This document shows, piece after piece, positions 63,874 through 64,000 of a stretch of 64,000 nt of DNA; positions within the stretch are counted from its first letter, which is position 1; every line of letters starts with the position of its first letter. A program made the translations under genes and the position numbers. Under the pieces are notes generated by a model. It saw only the letters and a list, made by a program, of their open reading frames with translations, ran no database searches and was not told the DNA's origin. The DNA is from Octopus vulgaris (Eukaryota), in assembly GCA_951406725.2 (NCBI GenBank), contig OX597823.1, forward strand, positions 19,406,001 through 19,470,000, in the 5' to 3' direction.

Positions 63874-64000
63874 TAAGAAATAAAATAGAAGAATAAAGAG
63901 TTAAAGTAGTTAGAAGAATATACTTTTCTACTCTAGGCACAAGGCCCGAAATTTGGGAAGGAGTCCAGTCAATTAGATCGACCCCTCAGTATGCAACTGG

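Overview
AT-rich, repeat-dense eukaryotic genomic DNA. The tRNA-derived SINE families and (TA)n/(CA)n microsatellites look like an Octopus (coleoid cephalopod) genome; this is an inference from repeat style. Almost all of the supplied ORFs are spurious. The window lies inside one minus-strand gene. I could splice 11 exons with GT-AG boundaries and consistent phases, from 58577 down to 756. They encode IPT/TIG - AMOP - VWD (GDPH motif) - Sushi domains, i.e. a SUSD2/MUC4/mesh-like membrane glycoprotein. Both ends of the gene lie outside the window, and one intron is about 34 kb. The introns contain several SINE families, non-autonomous Helitrons, Tc1/mariner, hAT and piggyBac MITEs (often nested), fragments of RTE and RLE-type LINEs, a 38-39 bp minisatellite and many fold-back structures. 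The most striking unannotated signal is a set of minimal type I hammerhead ribozyme motifs (CUGANGA...GAAAC-palindrome-GUH with a closing stem I). Most sit in short elements embedded in (TA)n tracts. One is fused to a tRNA-like Pol III head, in an element present as a head-to-head inverted pair.
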